Shown piece by piece: positions 59,879-64,000 of a stretch of 64,000 nucleotides of DNA. The stretch is from the NCBI GenBank assembly GCA_963665295.1, contig OY762209.1, forward strand, positions 1,312,001-1,376,000, given 5' to 3'. The first letter of the stretch is position 1. Each line of letters begins with the position of its first letter. The position numbers and the translations under genes are program-made. The DNA comes from Syntrophorhabdaceae bacterium (lineage in GTDB: Bacteria > Desulfobacterota > Syntrophorhabdia > Syntrophorhabdales > Syntrophorhabdaceae). The notes beneath the pieces are model-generated. The model searched no databases, was not told the DNA's origin, and saw nothing but the letters and a program-made list of their open reading frames with translations.

Positions 59879-61252
59879 GTGAAATACAAGTTATTCTTCT
59901 TCCTCTTTTTGCTGTTCTTTATCCTCTATCTGGGAGTCTCCCATCTTAACCCGGAAAACGTACGTTTCTATGTAGGATTCGGTAAAAGTTACGAAGACAG
60001 CGTTGCGCACTTCGTGGCCATATCCTTTGCCCTCGGCATGCTCGTCGCTTTTGTCATCGGTTTTTTTCACGACATAAGGAATTCACTGGTGGCGTGGAGG
60101 GGACGGAGGAAGGACAAGAGGTTCGATGAGTACCGTGACGTCATAGAGAAGGCAAGGGCATACGACCTCAGAGGAGACAGGGAAAAGGCAGTGGAGAGTA
60201 TGAGCCGCCTTGTAAAGAGGGGGCCCGACATGGAAGAACCCTATCTGGTTCTTGCGGATATGTACTCCTCCATGAAAGAGTACAACAAGGCGATCGAGAC
60301 CCTCGACTTCGCCCAGGTACACCTGGGCCGGAAGGAGAAGGTCCTGCTCAGGACGGTGAAGGCCCGCCTTGCCGCGAAGAATCTGCAGAAGGTCGAATCG
60401 GGGCTGAAGGAGATTGTAAGCCTCAACGAATCGAACCTGGAGGCCCTGGGTCTTCTCAGGGACTACTACATAGACAAGAGGGAGTGGGATAAGGCCCTCG
60501 ACGTGGAGAAAAGGCTTCAGAAGTTCATCAAGACCGATGACGAGAAGGGAAGGCTTCTCGGCATCAGGTATGAGATATCGAGAACCCTCTTCGACAAGAA
60601 GGACGTGGATTCCTATGAGACCATCACCACGGACCTGAAAGAGATCATCAACGAAAACAAGCGGTTCGTACCGGCCTATGTCCTTCTCGCGGATACGTAC
60701 AAATGCATGCAGAAAACCAACGACGCCGCAAGGGTCTATGCGAGGGGTTGGGCGAAGACAGGTCACATGGTCTTCCTCCTCAAGATGGAGGACCTTTACA
60801 TCGACCGGGGCGACCCCGGTGTCATACTGAAGATCTACCGGCGGATACTCGACGTGTCCCCCAAGAACCACCTCACCTCTTTTCTTTACGCCCGCCTTTG
60901 CCTGAGGCTCGAAATGATCGATGAGGCCATAGACACACTCAACCTCCTTATCGGGGAAGGGCAGGAGTTCAGAGGGCTCCACAGGGCCATGGCGGAGGCG
61001 TATTTTCACAGGGGCATGATGGAAAAGGCAATCGAGGAGTTCAGGACCGCCTTCCCCATGAAACAGGTCTATATCCCCTTCACGTGTAACAATTGCGGGT
61101 CCGTCAAAGAGGAGTGGATGGATTTCTGCGAGAGTTGCCTGAGCTGGAACACGATCCGCGTGAACCAGGACGAGTTCATGTCTGCCGAACCCCAGGAGAT
61201 CAGGATGCTGTCGCAAAGGGAAGACTGGGAAGAGGGAGGACAGGTGCTATGA
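59879..61252 (+). CDS. TPR protein with N-terminal TM and C-terminal rubredoxin-like motif (LapA/LapB-like)
   Basis: Two TM, helical repeats, C-terminal CNNCG...CESC..W. Confidence 0.8.
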   Translation: MKYKLFFFLFLLFFILYLGVSHLNPENVRFYVGFGKSYEDSVAHFVAISFALGMLVAFVIGFFHDIRNSLVAWRGRRKDKRFDEYRDVIEKARAYDLRGDREKAVESMSRLVKRGPDMEEPYLVLADMYSSMKEYNKAIETLDFAQVHLGRKEKVLLRTVKARLAAKNLQKVESGLKEIVSLNESNLEALGLLRDYYIDKREWDKALDVEKRLQKFIKTDDEKGRLLGIRYEISRTLFDKKDVDSYETITTDLKEIINENKRFVPAYVLLADTYKCMQKTNDAARVYARGWAKTGHMVFLLKMEDLYIDRGDPGVILKIYRRILDVSPKNHLTSFLYARLCLRLEMIDEAIDTLNLLIGEGQEFRGLHRAMAEAYFHRGMMEKAIEEFRTAFPMKQVYIPFTCNNCGSVKEEWMDFCESCLSWNTIRVNQDEFMSAEPQEIRMLSQREDWEEGGQVL

Positions 61253-62445
61253 TGGAAGAGCTTATCCTCGCAAATGATCAGAAGATCATTTTTCTCATAC
61301 TCGATGGGCTCGGAGACATTCCGAACCCCCTTTTTTCGTATCGCACCCCCCTCGAAGCCGCAGTGAAGCCCCATATGGACGACATGGCCATCAAAGCGGG
61401 CGTCCTTGGGCGCATCATGCCGGTGGACGTGGGAGTGACCCCCGGCAGCGGCCCCGGACACCTGAGCCTTTTCGGCTATGATCCCGTCAAGTCGGAGATA
61501 GGGCGGGGGGTCCTGGAAGTGCTGGGCCTTGACATGGACCTCCAGGAAGGGGACCTTGCCGCACGGGCGAACTTCTGCACCGTGAAGGATGGTGTGGTGA
61601 CGGACCGCAGGGCGGGCAGGATTCCCACGGAGGAGACCCGGCGGATATGCGCGATCCTTGAAGATGCGGTGCCTGAAGTGGAAGGCGTGAAGGTGATCCT
61701 TAAGCCCGGAGAATCTCACCGGTTCGCGGTGATATTCAGGGGAAAAGGCCTTTCCGACGCGGTAACGGACGCGGACCCCCATAAGGACAACAAACCTTTC
61801 GCATTGGCCCGGCCCAAGGATGACACGGGCGCCTTTGCCGCGAAGGTGATCAACGGGTTCATCGCAAAGGCGATGGAAGCCATTAAAGGCGAGAAAAGGG
61901 CAAACGGCTGCCTCCTCAGGGGTTTTTCCGCGAAGCCCGCAATTCCCGCGTTCCCGGCGAAGTACAAGATGAATGCCCTTGCCATTGCCGCCTATCCCAT
62001 GTACAGGGGGATCGCGAAGGTGCTCGGCATGGACGTGTTGGAAGAGCCCGGGAGCTATGAAGACTCGGTAAGGATACTGAAGGCCAATTACGACGCCTAC
62101 CGGTTCTTCTTCGTCCACATAAAGGAAACGGACATCGCGGGGGAAGACGGCAATTTTCCCGCGAAGGTGAAAGCCATTGAAGAGGTGGACCGGATTATTT
62201 CCGATATTTACGGCCTCGACCCCGCGGTCATGGTAGTCACGGGCGACCATTCCACGCCGTGCCCCATGAAAGGCCATAGCTGGCATCCCGTGCCGCTCCT
62301 TCTCCTCACGAAAACAGGTGAGAGGGACGGACTCGCGTTTCATGAAAAAAACTGTATAGCCGGTAGTATCGGGACCATACACAGCACACAGCTCATGTCT
62401 CTAGCCCTTGCCCATGCGATGAAGCTGGACAAGTACGGTGCCTGA
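61249..62445 (+). CDS. 2,3-bisphosphoglycerate-independent phosphoglycerate mutase (archaeal/ApgM type)
   Basis: LDGLGD, TPLEAA, PGSGPGHLSLFGYDP, DRRAGRI, TGDHSTP. Confidence 0.93.
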   Translation: MMEELILANDQKIIFLILDGLGDIPNPLFSYRTPLEAAVKPHMDDMAIKAGVLGRIMPVDVGVTPGSGPGHLSLFGYDPVKSEIGRGVLEVLGLDMDLQEGDLAARANFCTVKDGVVTDRRAGRIPTEETRRICAILEDAVPEVEGVKVILKPGESHRFAVIFRGKGLSDAVTDADPHKDNKPFALARPKDDTGAFAAKVINGFIAKAMEAIKGEKRANGCLLRGFSAKPAIPAFPAKYKMNALAIAAYPMYRGIAKVLGMDVLEEPGSYEDSVRILKANYDAYRFFFVHIKETDIAGEDGNFPAKVKAIEEVDRIISDIYGLDPAVMVVTGDHSTPCPMKGHSWHPVPLLLLTKTGERDGLAFHEKNCIAGSIGTIHSTQLMSLALAHAMKLDKYGA

Positions 62446-63133
62446 TGTTTTACGAAACGTACTAGACATTCTTTTCCCCCGGCTTTGCGGAGGATGCGGC
62501 GCCCGCGGGTTCGTACTCTGCGGGGAATGTTTTGAAAACCTCCGGATGGTCGAAGAGGCATTCACCTGTCCCGTTTGTGGAAGGTGGATAGGCAGAAGAA
62601 CCATGTGCGGCGAATGCATCGTCGAAGAAAGAGGATTCCGGGAAGGCCATTACGGCTTCTACTTCGAGAACAGGCTGAGGGACGCGATCCACGCCTTCAA
62701 GTTCCAGAAAAGGAAGGACGTGGGTAGATACCTTGTTTCGCTTATAAGAGAGAAAGTGGCCGCCCTTTCCGAAAAGGTAGACGCCATAATCCCCGTCCCC
62801 ATCACCGAGAAGCGGTTGCGGGAGAGGGGCTTCAACCAATCTTTCATCATCGGCGAAGAAATATCCGGAATAACGGGTTGCCCCGTCCTCCATGCGACAC
62901 TCCTCAAGACAAGGGAGACAAAAGACCAGTACAGTCTTTCAAAGGATGAAAGACGCACGAACATAAAAGGTGTGTTTGCGGTGAAGGACAAGATATCCAT
63001 ACAAGGAAAAAGACTTCTCCTCGTGGACGACCTTTTCACCACGGGCTATACGGTGCGCGAGGCCTCCCGGGTCCTGCTCAAGGCCGGGGCGGCAGAGGTG
63101 ATCGTGTTCGCCCTCGCGAGGGCGGGGACATGA
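62438..63133 (+). CDS. ComF-family amidophosphoribosyltransferase-like protein
   Basis: N-terminal double Zn-ribbon, ERGFNQS, LLVDDLFTTG.T. Confidence 0.93.
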   Translation: MPDVLRNVLDILFPRLCGGCGARGFVLCGECFENLRMVEEAFTCPVCGRWIGRRTMCGECIVEERGFREGHYGFYFENRLRDAIHAFKFQKRKDVGRYLVSLIREKVAALSEKVDAIIPVPITEKRLRERGFNQSFIIGEEISGITGCPVLHATLLKTRETKDQYSLSKDERRTNIKGVFAVKDKISIQGKRLLLVDDLFTTGYTVREASRVLLKAGAAEVIVFALARAGT

Positions 63134-64000
63134 AAAAGCTCCTTTGCGCTTTCGTGGTTCTCGCGGGCATTTTTGTGGTGGCCGTCCTCTCCCTGTGGTG
63201 GAACCTCCCCTCCGTAAGTTCTTATGTCATAGGAAGGCTCGCGGGCGGCGAAGTCAGGATCGAGCAGATGGGCTTCGGCTATAAGGAGGGTATCGTCACT
63301 GTCGCCCTCGAGGGCGTGCACCTGAAAGGAAGGATCACGGGTGACGCAAATACGTGGAATCTGGCCTTCGACATCAGAAAAGGTCTTTATCTCAAATATA
63401 TAACCCTGTCCGGCTTCGATTTCACCATCACGACTCCTGCGAAAAAAGCGAAGAAAGAGTATCGCATGGTGCCTACGGACCTGCTCGAAGCACGGGACGG
63501 CATCATACGGTACGGGGATCAGGTGTTCACCCTCAAGGAACTGGTTGTCGAGCACCTCAGGGTGGGAAAGCCCTTCCTCTTCCGCATCGACGTGACCAAT
63601 ACCCAGTGGTTCGGCAACCTCAAGGCGGAAGGTGAAGGACTCATGAAGGGCAAGCCCGTCTATTTCAAAGGCCGCGCATCGGTTGCCGGCATGGACATGG
63701 GGCAGTGGACCCCGAAGATGGCGGGCATCACGGACGCCCGGGGTGACTTCATCTATGAAAAGAACAAGTTGTCCGTGGACGGCTCCTTCGAAGTGGTCAA
63801 ATATGCGCTCAGGATATCCGAACTCAAGGAGCACCGCTTCCCCGGAGTGCTCGCGGGCAAGGTCCGGCTCACCCACGCCAAGAACATAACCGACATCGCG
63901 GTAAAGGGCGTGCGCTTCAAGGGAACACCTTTTGATGTCGATATCCGGCTGAACAGGGATGACGTGTCCCGCGTGGAGATTTCGTCCGGACAGGTAGACA
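63130..64000 (+). CDS. AsmA-like membrane-anchored protein, truncated by window end
   Basis: ATG overlapping the ComF stop; MKKLLCAFVVLAGIFVVAVLSLWW anchor then beta-rich open frame. Confidence 0.6.
   Translation, partial: MKKLLCAFVVLAGIFVVAVLSLWWNLPSVSSYVIGRLAGGEVRIEQMGFGYKEGIVTVALEGVHLKGRITGDANTWNLAFDIRKGLYLKYITLSGFDFTITTPAKKAKKEYRMVPTDLLEARDGIIRYGDQVFTLKELVVEHLRVGKPFLFRIDVTNTQWFGNLKAEGEGLMKGKPVYFKGRASVAGMDMGQWTPKMAGITDARGDFIYEKNKLSVDGSFEVVKYALRISELKEHRFPGVLAGKVRLTHAKNITDIAVKGVRFKGTPFDVDIRLNRDDVSRVEISSGQVD

Overview
GC-rich bacterial chromosome segment. An anaerobic Desulfobacterota/Syntrophorhabdus-like host is an inference from gene content and style. There are three zones. (1) 1-30.9 kb holds accessory metabolic and surface genes: OpgC-like acyltransferase, GNAT, two MFS transporters, a 57-aa 2x[4Fe-4S] ferredoxin missed by the ORF track, three beta-propeller plus InlB-B-repeat surface proteins, M24 peptidase, a PPDK-like/NrpR-domain/gdhA nitrogen module and a NarL-type two-component pair, with a family of dispersed intergenic repeats. 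(2) About 31.0-54.4 kb is a plastic island with IS630, IS1634, IS1380 (interrupted by IS3) and three head-to-tail IS66 copies. These are inserted into a minus-strand array of small membrane/secreted/lipoprotein genes. Most of these genes are preceded by a headless C-terminal 'tip' of a lost upstream gene, and junctions fall at short GGG(G)AC(A/G)T-type sites. The same sites form the ends of remnants and 165-bp miniature derivatives of a REP-associated tyrosine (Y1/HUH, RAYT-type) transposase element. This integrase-free cassette array, possibly of orphan toxin-immunity genes, is the most interesting feature. (3) 54.5-64 kb is a housekeeping operon: rplU-rpmA-obgE-proB-proA-nadD-rsfS-TraR/DksA-TPR-phosphoglycerate mutase-ComF-AsmA-like (runs off the end). 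No rRNA, tRNA or CRISPR array was recognised.
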